Of a stretch of 64,000 bases of DNA, positions 49,314 to 62,600 are shown one piece after another; positions within the stretch are counted from its first letter, which is position 1; every line of letters starts with the position of its first letter. Made by a program: the position numbers and the translations under genes. This stretch comes from Anolis carolinensis. Taxonomy: Eukaryota. Below the pieces are notes generated by a model. The model had not been told where the DNA came from and did not search any database. It was given only the letters and a program-made list of their open reading frames with translations. Where the stretch lies: the NCBI RefSeq assembly GCF_035594765.1, contig NW_026943818.1, positions 32,361,559 to 32,425,558 of the forward strand, read 5' to 3'.

Positions 49314-50224
49314 GATAGATAGATAACATAGATAGAGTATATCGAATACATAGAATACATAGAATTGATAGAATAGATAGATTGACAGACAGATAGATAA
49401 GGAAAAAGACCCCATATTCAAGCCCATGCTGCTGGGTGAGAAGACACCACTAAAGCCCTCCCGACAGATGGCCATTGAGCCTTATATGTATATATATATA
49501 TATAATTAAGATAAATAGATTGATAAAATAGATAGAGTACATAGAATACATAGAATAGATAGACAGACAGATAGATAGATAGGGGAAAGGACCCCAAATT
49601 CGAGCCCATGCTGCCAGGTGAAAAGACACCACTAAAACCCTCCCGACAGATGGCCATCGAGCCTTATATGTATATAATTAAGATAGATAGATAACATAGA
49701 TAGAGTACATCGAATACATAGAATACATAGAAAAGATAGACAGATAGATAGATAAGGGAAAGGACCCCAAGTTCGAGCCCATGCTGCCAGGTGCAAAGAC
49801 ACCACTAAAGCCCTCCCGACAGATGGCCATCGAGCCTTATATGTATATACATATAATTAAGATAGATAGAGAGATAAAATAGAGTACATTGAATACATCG
49901 AATACATAGACAACCAGATAGATAGATAGGGGAAAGGACCCCAAGTTCGAGCCCATGCTGCTGGGTGAGAAGACACCACTAAAGCCCTCCCGACAGATGG
50001 CCATCGAGCCTTATATGTATATATATATAATTAAGATAGACAGATAGATAAAATCGATAGAGTATATCGAATACATAGACTAGATAGACAGACAGATAGA
50101 GATAGATAGGGGAAAGGACCCCAGGTTCGAGCCCATGCTGCTGGGTGCAAAGACACCACTAAAGCCCTCCCGACAGATAGCCATCGAGCCTTATATATAT
50201 ATATAATTAAGATAGATAGATAGA

Positions 50225-50262
<38 letters not shown>

Positions 50263-50420
50263 GGAATAGATAGATAAATAGGGGAAAGGACCCCAAGTTC
50301 GAGCCCATGCTGCCAGGTGGGAAGACACCACCAAAGCCCCCCCGACAGATGTCCAGGGTGGCCATCTGTCGGGAGGGTTCGGATTGTGCCTTGGACTAGA
50401 GTTTCGCTTCCGACTCTTAT
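48830..50420 (-). repeat. Tandem CR1-like 3' fragments with (GATA)n/(TA)n spacers
   Basis: CCCTCCCGACAGATGGCCA, reverse complement of the 3235-4220 core; about 9 copies. Confidence 0.75.
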
Positions 50421-51039
50421 CTTTCTATACAATCTCCCTTTGCCGAGCCGCAGGGTCATAAATCACACAAAACGTTCCGTTCCTGGTTTGGAAGTGTTGT
50501 TTCCTCTTCCATTGTGCACAAGGAAAGCACAATCCGATCCCTCCCGACGGATGGCCAGCCAATATCGGCTCCAAGGGAACGCCACGCCATGAAAAATGTC
50601 ACTTTTCGAAAGCCTGATGTCGTGGCAGATATATCCCTATATTTGAGTGACATGGGCACAGCAAGGTCACGGCACTCGCTTGGAGAGCCAGTAGAGCCGC
50701 ATTGCTAAGGCTCGGGGACGGCCTCGCTCCTAAAAACTCACGGGATCCTCGAGTCCAATAAAAATGGGATTTAATGACTTCTTGGCATGCGTTCGACAAA
50801 AAAAATTAGCCATCGAGCCGTTTCTTTTTGTCTCCCGGGAGGGAAAATGCAAGAATTTGGCTCTCATCACCGCTGGCTGTTTCCCGAACCCTTTTTTTCC
50901 TTCCTCGTCCCAAATTGGGAGCGAACAATGGATATTTATTCCTTCCCGGGGTGTAACAATAGCGGCGGCGGCGGTTTGGCAGCCGGCGACGGAAACGTCA
51001 AGGTGTTGAGGAATAGAGTCAGACGTGGGTGGCCGCAGC

Positions 51040-52690
51040 GGGTGACACGTCCCAGTGAGAATCGTACGAGTCCGAATTCGAGTCCGAAAATCCCCGAAGT
51101 CAGAGATGCCACGAACTTCTGAAAGAGTCCGTTCCACTGCCAAATATATCTGACAATCGGCAGGTGATGTGTCTAGGTGAGAATCGTATGAGTCCGAATT
51201 CGAGTCCGAGAATCCCCAAACGTTGGATTTGACCTCAACTCACTTGGCGTACAATCGAGAATCTGATTCGTCTGGAAGATCAAAGTTTGCGGGACATGGT
51301 TCCAGTCCCAATGAACCTATTTTGATACCTTCAAAGTCAGAGATGCCACGAACTTCTGAAAGAGTCCGTTCCACTGCCAAATATATCTGACGATTGGTGG
51401 GTGATGCATCTTGGTGAGAATCATAAGAGTCCGAATTCGAGTCCGAGAATCCCTGAAAGCTGGATCGGACCTCAACTCGCTTGGCGTACAATCAAGAATC
51501 TGATTCATCTGGAAGATCAAAGTTTGCGGGACATGGTTCCAGTCCCAATGAACCCATTCTGATACCTTCAAAGTCAGAGATGCCACGAAATCCGTTCCAC
51601 TGCCAAATATATCTGACGATCGGCAGGTGATGCATCTCGGTGAGAATCGTACGAGTCCGAATTCGAGTCCGAGAATCCCCGAACGTTGGATTTGACTTCA
51701 ACTCGCTTGGATACATTCGAGAATCTGATTTGTCTGGAAGATCAAATTTTGCGGGACACGGTTCCAGTCCCAATGAACCCATTCTGATACCTTCAAAGTC
51801 AGAGATGCCACGAACTTCTGAAAGAGTCCGTTCCACTGCCAAATATATCTGACGATCGGCGGGTGATGCGTCTTGGTAAGAATCGTACGAGTCCAAAGGC
51901 GAGTCTGAGGATACCCAAATGCTGGATCGGACCTCAACTTGCTTGGCGTACAATCGAGAATCCGATTCGTCTGGAAAATCAAAGTTTACGGGACACGGAT
52001 CCAGTCTGCCAGCTTCCATAGAAGTCTGTTCCACCGCTGAGTATCTCTGACAATTAGCGGGTGAGAATCGTACGAGTCCGAAGGCGAGTCCAGGGATTGC
52101 TAAACGCTGGATCGAACCTCAACTCGCTTGGCGTACAATAGAGAATCCGATTCGTCTGGAAAATCAAAGTTTACGGGACACGGATCCAGTCCCAACTAAC
52201 TCAGAGATGCCGCCAGCTTGCGAAGGAGTTCGTTCCACCGCCGAGTATCTCTGACGATTAGCGGGTGACACGTCCTGGTGAGAATCGTACGAGTCCAAAA
52301 GTGAGTCCGAGGATCTCCAGACGGGTTTGCAGGACACGGATCCAGTCCCAACGAACCCATTTCGGTACGTTCAAAGTCAGAGATGCAACAAATATCAGAA
52401 GGAGTCCGTTCCACCGCCGAATATATCTGACGATCGGCAGGTGATGCGTACCGGTCAGAAGATGAGTTCACGGATCCCCAAATGCTGGATCGGACCTCAA
52501 CTCGCTTGGCGTACAATCAAGAATCCGATTCGTCTGGAAGATCAAAGTTTACAGGACATGGATCCAGTCCCAATGAACCCGTTTTGATACCTTCGAAGTA
52601 AGAGCTGCCACGAATATCCGAAAGAGTCCGTTCCACCTCCGAATACATCTGACGATCGGCGGGTGCCGCGTCCTGGTGAGAATCGTAAGA
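51040..52690. repeat. About 235-bp CpG-rich tandem repeat (about 7 diverged copies)
   Basis: TCAGAGATGCCACGAA recurs at about 51100, 51337, 51575, 51799. Confidence 0.85.
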
Positions 52691-53084
52691 GTCCAAAGGA
52701 TCATGTATGTTTGTACATGCACAACTCGAAAAGTTGTCGTTGGATCAACTTGAAATTTGGACACAACGTGGCATACCAATACACCCATGATTTAATAATG
52801 GGTTTGGGGGAGGGAGAACCATGGATGATGGGATATGGAGTACTTTCAATCACTTCATCTCCCACAGGCTACTGCGACCCCCATCAACAACTGACCCGAA
52901 CCATATTTGGCACACAGATGTGCCGTTACCCACTTCACCTCCTGGTGCCAATAGGAGGAGGATGGACCACGAATGATGGGATTTGTAGTACCTTCACCTG
53001 ATTCAGCTCTCACTTCAACAGACTACTGAGACCCACACAAATGATGGACCTTGACTTAAGTGATAAGATAGACAATCAATGGCA

Positions 53085-53760
53085 GATCAGCCAATCAGAA
53101 CTGGACCTCAATCTTGGATGTAACGGCAGTCTAGCCAGTCACAGCCCAGGTTCCATTCTTGACTTAAGGGCAATGCTGAAAATCAATGGCAGCCCAGCCA
53201 ATCAGAACTGGACTCCGATCTCGGACATAAGGGCAGTCTTGCCAATCACAGTCCAGGTTGTGTCTTCAACTTAAGAGCAATGCAAACAATCAATGACAGA
53301 CCAGCCAATCAGAACCGGACCCCAATCTTGGATGTAAGGGCAACCTAGCCAATCACAGTCCAGGTTCTGTTCTTGACTTAAGGGCAATGCAGAAAATCAA
53401 TGGCAGCCCAGCCGATCAGAACCGGACCCCAGTCTCGGACATAAGAGCATTCTAGCCAATCACAGCCCACGTTGTGTCTTCAACTTAAGAGCAATTCAGA
53501 CAATCAATGGCAGCCCAGCCAATCAGAACTGGATCCCTCTCTCAGGTATAATGGTAGTCTAGCCAATCATGACCCAAGTCCCTTCTCTGATGTTCGTACA
53601 GTTCATCCAACCCCTGGCCAGGTTCCCTTTCTGACATATTAATCAATCACAGCCGATCAGAACCGAACCCTCATTTCCGATGGAGAAAGCGGTCCGGCCA
53701 ATCACAGCTCGGCTCTGCTTGCACTATTTACCGGCTGCTGCCCGTGATATATAGAAGCCG
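53085..53760 (+). promoter_or_regulatory. Array of CCAAT boxes followed by a TATA-like element (putative promoter)
   Basis: About 12 AGCCAATCA-type motifs (9 perfect CCAAT) in units of about 107 bp; GATATATAGA near 53745. Confidence 0.5.
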
Positions 53761-54369
53761 AGCGGCGATTTCCCAGCCTCGTCGCATTCCCGCCGGTCTT
53801 GTATTTCCAGTTTTTTCCCCGCAACCCCGAAGGAATCCACTCGGCTTCGGTCGGACTCGAAACCTCTGTGTGTGTGACAATACAATCCATTCGAAAACTG
53901 ATTTATGATAAACTCGCTTGGGTCTGAAAATGCAACTACAACTCCCATCGAGCCAGGTTCACCCCGAGAATCTCCATCAGTACTTAGTTTGTGATATTGG
54001 ACGCATCGTGAGTGGGGTTGAGTGGGGTGAACTACAACACCCACTCCGGGGAGTCCGTCCCTTCCAAACCCCCCTCCAGTCGGTTGTCAGTCAAAGGGAA
54101 TTTTTTGTTCTCTTGTTGCAAATGTCCCTTCTCCGGCGTGCCTTTCTCTGTTGGGCAACATGGACCCGATTGTTTCATTGTTGTTGTTTTATAAGCGAGG
54201 CGAAAAGAAAATGCCGCCGGAGTCCTTATCGTCTCAGAAACAGAACGCGGAAACACGAGGGTAATAACACCGCCGACGTCTACAATCGGTGTCATGGTTT
54301 ATGTTGTCGGAAGTCTCTGGTGACAACTTTCCCGGAGACCCCAAAGGCCAGACAGTCTAACACCAATCT

Positions 54370-57300
54370 GCTTTGGTTGACTTTGTTGTGCGTCTACACT
54401 GCGGAACAAATGTGTTGACTTTGAGATGTGTCTACACTGCGGAATGAATGTGTTGAGTTTGGTTGAGTTTGGTTGACTTTGGGTTGTGTCTACACCATGG
54501 AATGATTGCGTTGAGTTTGGTTGACTTTGGTTGACTTTGGGTTGTGTCTACACTACGGAATGAATGTGTTGAGTTTGGTTGACGTTGGTTGACTTTGGGA
54601 TGTGTCTACACCATGGAATGATTGCGTTGAGTTTGGTTGAGTTTGGTTGACTTTGTTGTGCGTCTACACTGTGGAACGAATGCGTTGACTTTGAGATGTG
54701 TCTACACTGCGGAATGAATGTGTTGAGTTTGGTTGAGTTTGGTTGACTTTGAGTTGCGTCTACACCATGGAATGAATGTGTTGAGTTTGGTTGAGTTTGG
54801 TTGACTTTGTTGTGCGTCTACACTGTGGAACGAATGCGTTGACTTCGAGATGTGTCTATACCGTGGAATGAATGTGTTGAGTTTGGTTGAGTTTGGTTGA
54901 GTTTGGTTTGTGTCTACACCGTGGAATGAATGTGTTGAGTTTGGTTGAGTTTTGTTGATTTTGTTGTGCGTCTACACTGTGGAACGATTGCATTGACTTT
55001 GAGATGTGTCTACACAATGGAATGAACGTGTTGAGTTTGGTTGACTTTGGTTCACCTTGTTGTGCGTCTACACTGCGGAACGATTGCGTTGACTTCGAGA
55101 TGTGTCTATACCGTGGAATGAATGTGTTGAGTTTGGTTGAGTTTGGTTGACTTTGAATTGTGTCTACACTGCGGAACGAATGCGTTGACTTTGGGGTACG
55201 TCTACACTACGGAATGAATATGTTGAGTTTGGTTGACTTCGGGGTTCATCTACACTACAGAATGAATGTGTTGACTTTGGGGTGCGGAATGAGTGCATTC
55301 ACTTTGGTTGACTTTGTTGTGCGTCTACACTGCGGAACGAATGCATTGACTTTGCGATGTGTCTACACCATGGAATGAATGTGTTGACTGTGGACCACGT
55401 CTATACTACGGAATGAATGTGTTGAGTTTGGTTGGCTATGGGGTGTGTCTAGACTGCGGAACGGATGCATTAACTTTAGTGTGCGTCTACACTGCGGAGT
55501 GAATGTGTTGAGTTTGTTTGACTTTGGAGTGCGCCTACACCGCGGAACGAATGGATTGATATTAGTTGACCTTGGGTTGTGTCTACACTGAGGAATGAAT
55601 GCGTTGACTTTGAGATGTGTCTACACTGCGGAATGAATGTGTTGAGTTTGGTTGAGTTTGGTTGACTTTGTTGTGCGTCTACACTGCGGAACGATTGCAT
55701 TGACTTTGAGATGTGTCTACACCATGGAATGAATGTGTTGAGTTTGGTTGACTTTGGTTGACTTTGTTGTGCGTCTACACTGCGGAATGATTGCATTGAC
55801 TTTGAGATGTGTCTACACCATGGAATGAATGTGTTGAGTTTGGTTGAGTTTGGTTGACTTTGTTGTGCGTCCACACTGCGGAACGATTGCATTGACTTTG
55901 AGATGTGTCTACACCATGGAATGAATGTGTTGAGTTTGGTTGACTTTGGTTGACTTTGTTGTGCGTCTACACTGCGGAATGATTGCGTTAACTTTGAGAT
56001 TTGTCTACACCGCGGGATGTATGTGTTGCTGTTGGTTGACATTGTGGAGCGTCTACACTGTGGAATGAACACGTAGACTTTGGGCCGCGTCTACACTACG
56101 GAATGAATATGTTGAGTTTGGTTGACTTTGGATTGTGTCTACACTGTGGAATGAATGTGTTGACTTTGGGTTGCGTCTACACTGCGGAACGAATGTGTTG
56201 AGTTTGGTTGAGTTTGGTTGACTTTGGGATGTGTCTACACCGTGGAATGAATGTGTTGACTTTGGGTTGTGTCTACACTGCGGAATGATTGTGTTGACTT
56301 TGAGATGTGTCTACACTGCGGAATGATTGTGTTGACTTTGGGTTGTGTCTACACTGCGGAATGATTGTGTTCACTTTGAGATGTGTCTACTGTGGAATGA
56401 ATGTGTTGAGTTTGGTTGAGTTTGGTTGACTTTGTTGTGCGTCTACACTGCGGAATCTCAGTCTACACTACGGAATGTGTTGAGTTTGGTTGACTTTGGA
56501 TTGTGTCTACACTGTGGAATGAATGTGTTGACTTTGGGTTGCGTCTACACTGCGGAACGAATGTGTTGAGTTTGGTTGAGTTTGGTTGACTTTGGGATGC
56601 GTCTACACCGTGGAATGAATGTGTTGACTTTGGGTTGTGTCTACACTGCGGAATGATTGTGTTGACTTTGAGATGTGTCTACACTGCGGAACGAATATGT
56701 TGAGTTTGGTTGAGTTTGGTTGACTTTGTTGTGCGTCTACACTGCGGAACGAATGTATTCACTTTGAGATGTGTCTACACTACGGAATGTGTTGAGTTTG
56801 GTTGACTTTGGTTGACTTTGTTGTGCGTCTACACTGTGGAACAAATGCGTTGACTTTGAGATGTGTCTACACTGCGGAATGAATGTGTTGACTTTGGGTT
56901 GCGTCTACACTGCAGAATAAATATGTTGAGTTTGGTTGACTTTGGTGTGCGTCTACACCACTGAACGAATGGATTGATATTAGTTGAATTTGGGTTGCAT
57001 CTACACTACGGAATGAATATGTTGAGTTTGGTTGACTTTGGGGTGCATCTACATTGCGGAATGAATGCATTGACTTTGGGATGTGTCTACACTGTGAAAC
57101 AAATTTGTTGACTTTGGGTTGCGTCTACACTGCGTAATGAATGTGTTGACTTTGGATCACATCTACATTGTGGAATGAATGTGTTGACTTTGGGCCACGT
57201 CTACACTACGGAATGAATACGTTGAGTTTGGTTGACTTTGGGTTGCGTCTACATTACGGAACGAATGTGTTGACTTTGGGGTACATCTACACTGCTGGAT

Positions 57301-59135
57301 GTGTGTGTTGACTTTGGTTGGCTATGGGTTGCGTCTACACTGCGGAATGAATATGTTGAGTTTGGTTGACTTTGGGTTGCGTCTACACTGCGGAATGAGT
57401 ATGTTGAGTTTGGTTTATTTTTGGTTGCATCTACACTACACTACAATATGAGTTTGGTTGACTTTGCGTCTACACTGCGGAATGAATATGTTGAGTTTGG
57501 TTGACTTTGGGTTGCGTCTACACTCCGGAATGAATATGTTGAGTTTGGTTGACTTTGGGTTGCGTCTACACTGCGGAATGAATGTGTTGAGTTTGGTTGA
57601 CTTTGGGTTGCGTCTACTCTACGGAATGAATACGTTGAGTTTGGTTTATTTTTGGTTGCGTCTACACTACACTACAATATGAGTTTGGTTGACTTTGCGT
57701 CTACACTGCGGAATGAATACGTTGAGTTTGGTTGACTTTGGGTTGCGTCTACACTATGGAACGAATGTGTTGAGTTTGGGATGCGTCTACACTGTGGAAT
57801 GAGTGTGTTGACTTTGAGCTGCGTCTAGGCTGCGGAACGAATGCATTGACTTTAGTGTGTGTCTATACTGCGGAATGAATGTGTTGACGTTGGTTGACTT
57901 TGGGGTGCATCTACACTATGGAACGAATGTGTTGTGTTTAGATTGTGTCTACACTGCGGAATGAATGTGTTGAGTTTGGATTGCGTCTACACTATGGAAC
58001 GAATGCGTTGACTTTGGGCCACGTCTACACTGCGGAATGAATATGTTGAGTTTGGTTGACTTTGGGTTGCGTCTACACTACACTACAATATGAGTTTGGT
58101 TGACTTTGCGTCTAAACTACAGAATGAATATGTTGAGTTTGGTTGACTTTGGGTTGCGTCTACACTACGCTACAATATGAGTTTGGTTGACTTTGCGTCT
58201 ACACTACAGAATGAATATGTTGAGTTTGGTTGACTTTGGGTTGCATCTACACTACACTACAATATGAGTTTGGTTGACTTTGCATCTACACTACAGAATG
58301 AATATGTTGAGTTTGGTTGACTTTGGGTTGCGTCTACACTACACTACAATATGAGTTTGGTTGACTTTGCGTCTACACTACAGAATGAATACGTTGAGTT
58401 TGGTTGACTTTGGGTTGCGTCTACACTACACTACAATATGAGTTTGGTTGACTTTGCGTCTAAACTACAGAATGAATGTGTTGAGTTTGGTTGACTTTGG
58501 ATTGCGTCTACACTACACTACAATATGAGTTTGGTTGACTTTGCGTCTACACTACAGAATGAATACGTTGAGTTTGGTTTACTTTTGGTTGCGTCTACAC
58601 TACACTACAATATGAGTTTGGTTGACTTTGGGTTGCGTCTACACTACACTACAATATGAGTTTCATTGACTTTGCGTCTAAACTACAGAATGAATATGTT
58701 GAGTTTGGTTGACTTTGGATTGCGTCTACACTACACTACAATATGAGTTTGGTTGACTTTGCGTCTACACTACAGAATGAATACGTTGAGTTTGGTTTAC
58801 TTTTGGTTGCGTCTACACTACACTACAATATGAGTTTGGTTGACTTTGGGTTGCGTCTACACTACACTACAATATGAGTTTGGTTGACTTTGGGTTGCGT
58901 CTACACTACACTACAATATGAGTTTGGTTGACTTTGGGTTGCGTCTACACTACACTACAATATGAGTTTGGTTGATTTTGGGTTGCGTCTACACTACACT
59001 ACAATATGAGTTTGGTTGACTTTGGGTTGCGTCTACACTACACTACAATATGAGTTTGGTTGACTTTGCGCCTACACTACAGAATGAATATGTTGAGTTT
59101 GGTTGACTTTCAGATGTGTCTACACTGCGGAATGG
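54370..59135. repeat. 4.7-kb satellite with 30-60 bp variant units
   Basis: Core GTCTACACTGCGGAATGAATGTGTTGAGTTTGGTTGACTTT. Confidence 0.92.
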
Positions 59136-59598
59136 ATGCATTTCTTCAACGCTGCTCGAATCGCCAAGGCTCAAAGCTATGGGATCCTATGTACTAAAGA
59201 ATTCCGGAGACCTTGTGAAACTATAAATCCTAGGATATCCTCGCAGATAGATTTGCACTTCACGACTGTGATGCATCGCTGGATTTTTTGGCGTCTTCAT
59301 CCTCCTCTTCCTCCATTAACCAGGCGCCGTCGGAGCCACGCTCGAGCTCCCTTTCCTTCTCTTCTTTTCTTTGTCGTGTTATGAAATCGTGCCCTTTTCT
59401 CTCTCTCTCTCTCTCCCCGCTTTCCAGGTGAGGGTTGGGTCGGGCGATTGATTGATGCTTCTCGCTCTGGGTGTGTCGGCTTCTTAAGCTCATGGCTTCA
59501 AACGTCCCCGGCCTTTGCCACTTGGCACCGGAGACGGCAGAACGAGGGCTTCCGACAGGAACAGAACGAGCCGCGAAGGACTCCATGCGGGATTCAAG

Positions 59599-59674
59599 AT
59601 GGTCCGGAAGCGCCACCGCGGACTCCGGAACGTGTTCCTCGTCCTGATCCTATATTGCCACTTATGGGCTCCAG
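59599..59674 (+). CDS. Signal-peptide exon of the mucin-like gene
   Basis: AAGATGG Kozak context; basic n-region, hydrophobic VFLVLILYC; upstream acceptor after a long pyrimidine tract at 59427; TATAAA at 59222. Confidence 0.7.
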
Positions 59675-62600
59675 GTAGGGATTCTTCCGACCTACGAGTT
59701 AGTATTTATCCTACTATTGGGTTGGCTAGAATAACCAATTACGAGCCCGAGGTGAAATTGACGAAATTCGGGATTTGGTTGGTCGTAATATATTGTTTGT
59801 AGACAAAATTGCCAGAAATTCAGGATTCGGTTGCTCGTAATATTTCGTTGGCTATAGTGACCAATTAAGAGCACTAGCGAAATTGCCAGAAATTCGGGAT
59901 TCAGTTGCTCGTAATATATTGATGGTTATAATGACCGATTAAGAGCCTTAGATGAAATTGCTGAAAATTTGGGATTTGTTTGGCTCTAATATATTGTTTG
60001 TAGACAAAATTGCCAGAAATTCGGGATTTGTTTGGCTCTAATATATTGTTTGTAGACAAAATTGCCAGAAATTCGGGATTTGTTTGGCTCTAATATATTG
60101 TTTGTAGACAAAATTGCCAGAAATTCGGGATTTGTTTGGCTCTAATATATTGTTTGTAGACAAAATTGCCAGAAATTCGGGATTTGTTTGGCTCTAATAT
60201 ATTGTTTGTAGACAAAATTGCCAAAAATTCGGGATCTGTTTGGCTCTAATATATTGTTTGTAGACAAAATTGCCAGAAATTCGGGATCTGTTTGGCTCTA
60301 ATATATTGTTTGTAGACAAAATTGCCAAAAATTCGGGATCTGTTTGGCTCTAATATATTGTTTGTAGACAAAATTGCCAAAAATTCGGGATTTGTTTGGC
60401 TCTAATATATTGTTTGTAGACAAAATTGCCAGAAATTCGGGATCTGTTTGGCTCTAATATATTGTTTGTAGACAAAATTGCCAAAAATTCGGGATCTGTT
60501 TGGCTCTAATATATTGTTTGTAGACAAAATTGCCAAAAATTGGGATCTGTTTGGCTCTAATATATTGTTTGTATATAAAATTGCCAGAAATTTGGGATTT
60601 GTTTGGCTCTAATATATTGTTTGTAGACAAAATTGCCAAAAATTCGGGATCTGTTTGGCTCTAATATATTGTTTGTAGACAAAATTGCCAGAAATTCGGG
60701 ATTTGTTTGGCTCTAATATATTGTTTGTAAACAAAATTGCCAGAAATTCGGGATTTGTTTGGCTCTAATATATTGTTTGTAAACAAAATTGCCAGAAATT
60801 CGGGATTTGTTTGGCTCTAATATATTGTTTGTAGACAAAATTGCCAAAAATTCGGGATCTGTTTGGCTCTAATATATTGTTTGTAGACAAAATTGCCAGA
60901 AATTCGGGATTTGTTTGGCTCTAATATATTGTTTGTAAACAAAATTGCCAGAAATTCGGGATTTGTTTGGCTCTAATATATTGTTTGTAAACAAAATTGC
61001 CAGAAATTTGGGATTTGTTTGGCTCTAATATATTGTTTGTAGACAAAATTGCCAAAAATTCGGGATCTGTTTGGCTCTAATATATTGTTTGTAGACAAAA
61101 TTGCCAGAAATTCGGGATTTGTTTGGCTCTAATATATTGTTTGTAAACAAAATTGCCAGAAATTCGGGATTTGTTTGGCTCTAATATATTGTTTGTAAAC
61201 AAAATTGCCAGAAATTCGGGATTTGTTTGGCTCTAATATATTGTTTGTAGACAAAATTGCCAAAAATTCGGGATCTGTTTGGCTCTAATATATTGTTTGT
61301 AGACAAAATTGCCAGAAATTCGGGATTTGTTTGGCTGTATTATATTGTTTGTAGACAAAATTGCCAAAAATTCGGGATTCGGTTGCTCGTAATATATTGT
61401 TTGTAGACGAAATTGCCAAAAATTCGGTATTCAGTTGCTCGTAATATATTGTTGGTTATAATGACCGATTAAGAGCCTTAGATGAAATTGCCGAAAATTT
61501 GGGATTCGGTTGCTCGTAATATATTGTTTGTAAACAAAATTACCAAAAATTCAGGATTCGGTTGCTCGTAATATATTGTTTGTTATAATGACCGATTAAG
61601 AGCCTTAGATGAAATTGCCGAAAATTCGGGATTCGGTTGGCTGTAATATATTGTTTGTAGACAAAATTGCCAAAAATTCCGGATTTGGTTGCTCGTAATA
61701 TTTTGTTGGCTATAGTGACCAATTAAGAGCACTAGTGAAATTGCCAGAAATTCGGGATTTGTTTGGCTGTGATATATTGTTTTTAGACAAAATTGCCAGA
61801 AATTCGGGATTTGTTTGGCTGTAATATATTGTTTGTAGACAAAATTGCCAGACATTTGGCATTCGGTTGCTCGTAATATTTCGTTGGCTATAGTGACCAA
61901 TTAAGAGCACTAGTGAAATTGCCAGAAATTCGGGATTTGTTTGGCTCTAATATATTGTTTGTAGACGAAATTGCCAGAAATTCGGGATTTGGTTGCTTGC
62001 AATATATCGTTGGCTATATTGACCGATTAAGAACATTAGGCGAAATTGCCGGAAATTCGGGATTCGGTTGTCCGTAATATATTGTTGGTATAATGACAGA
62101 TTAAGAGCCTTAGATGAAATTGTCGGAAATTCGGGATTCGGTTGGCCGTAAATTACCGATTAAGAGCACTAGGCGAAATTGCCGGAAATTCGGGATTCGT
62201 TTGCCCGTAAATGCACTTTGTTGTTTATTGTAACTGTGAAACTCCCTGCCCAAGGAGGACACCGTATGTCATACGAAAACCCGTTTCGACGTGTGATCTT
62301 GTGCCAACTCTGCTAGTCGTGTGTTTGAGAATCCGATTATGGTTGACAGCTTGACATGAGAAATCTTTCTGGCCTCAAAACTCACAATATTTTGATTATT
62401 TCGAGCACCGTTCGGGATAAAATTCGGACCGTTGTCCGATGCGGTTGCTTTCTGTTTTCCGGCTCGCCGAGCGTGTCTTTTGTCACCATTATTCCTGTCC
62501 GCGCGACGGTTCGGTTTCCTTTCTCGCAAAATCAAGACGAGCTTGTTGATTTAAGCGACGGGGCGAGAGATCAGCGCAAACAGTGCGGGCGGCGAGAAAG

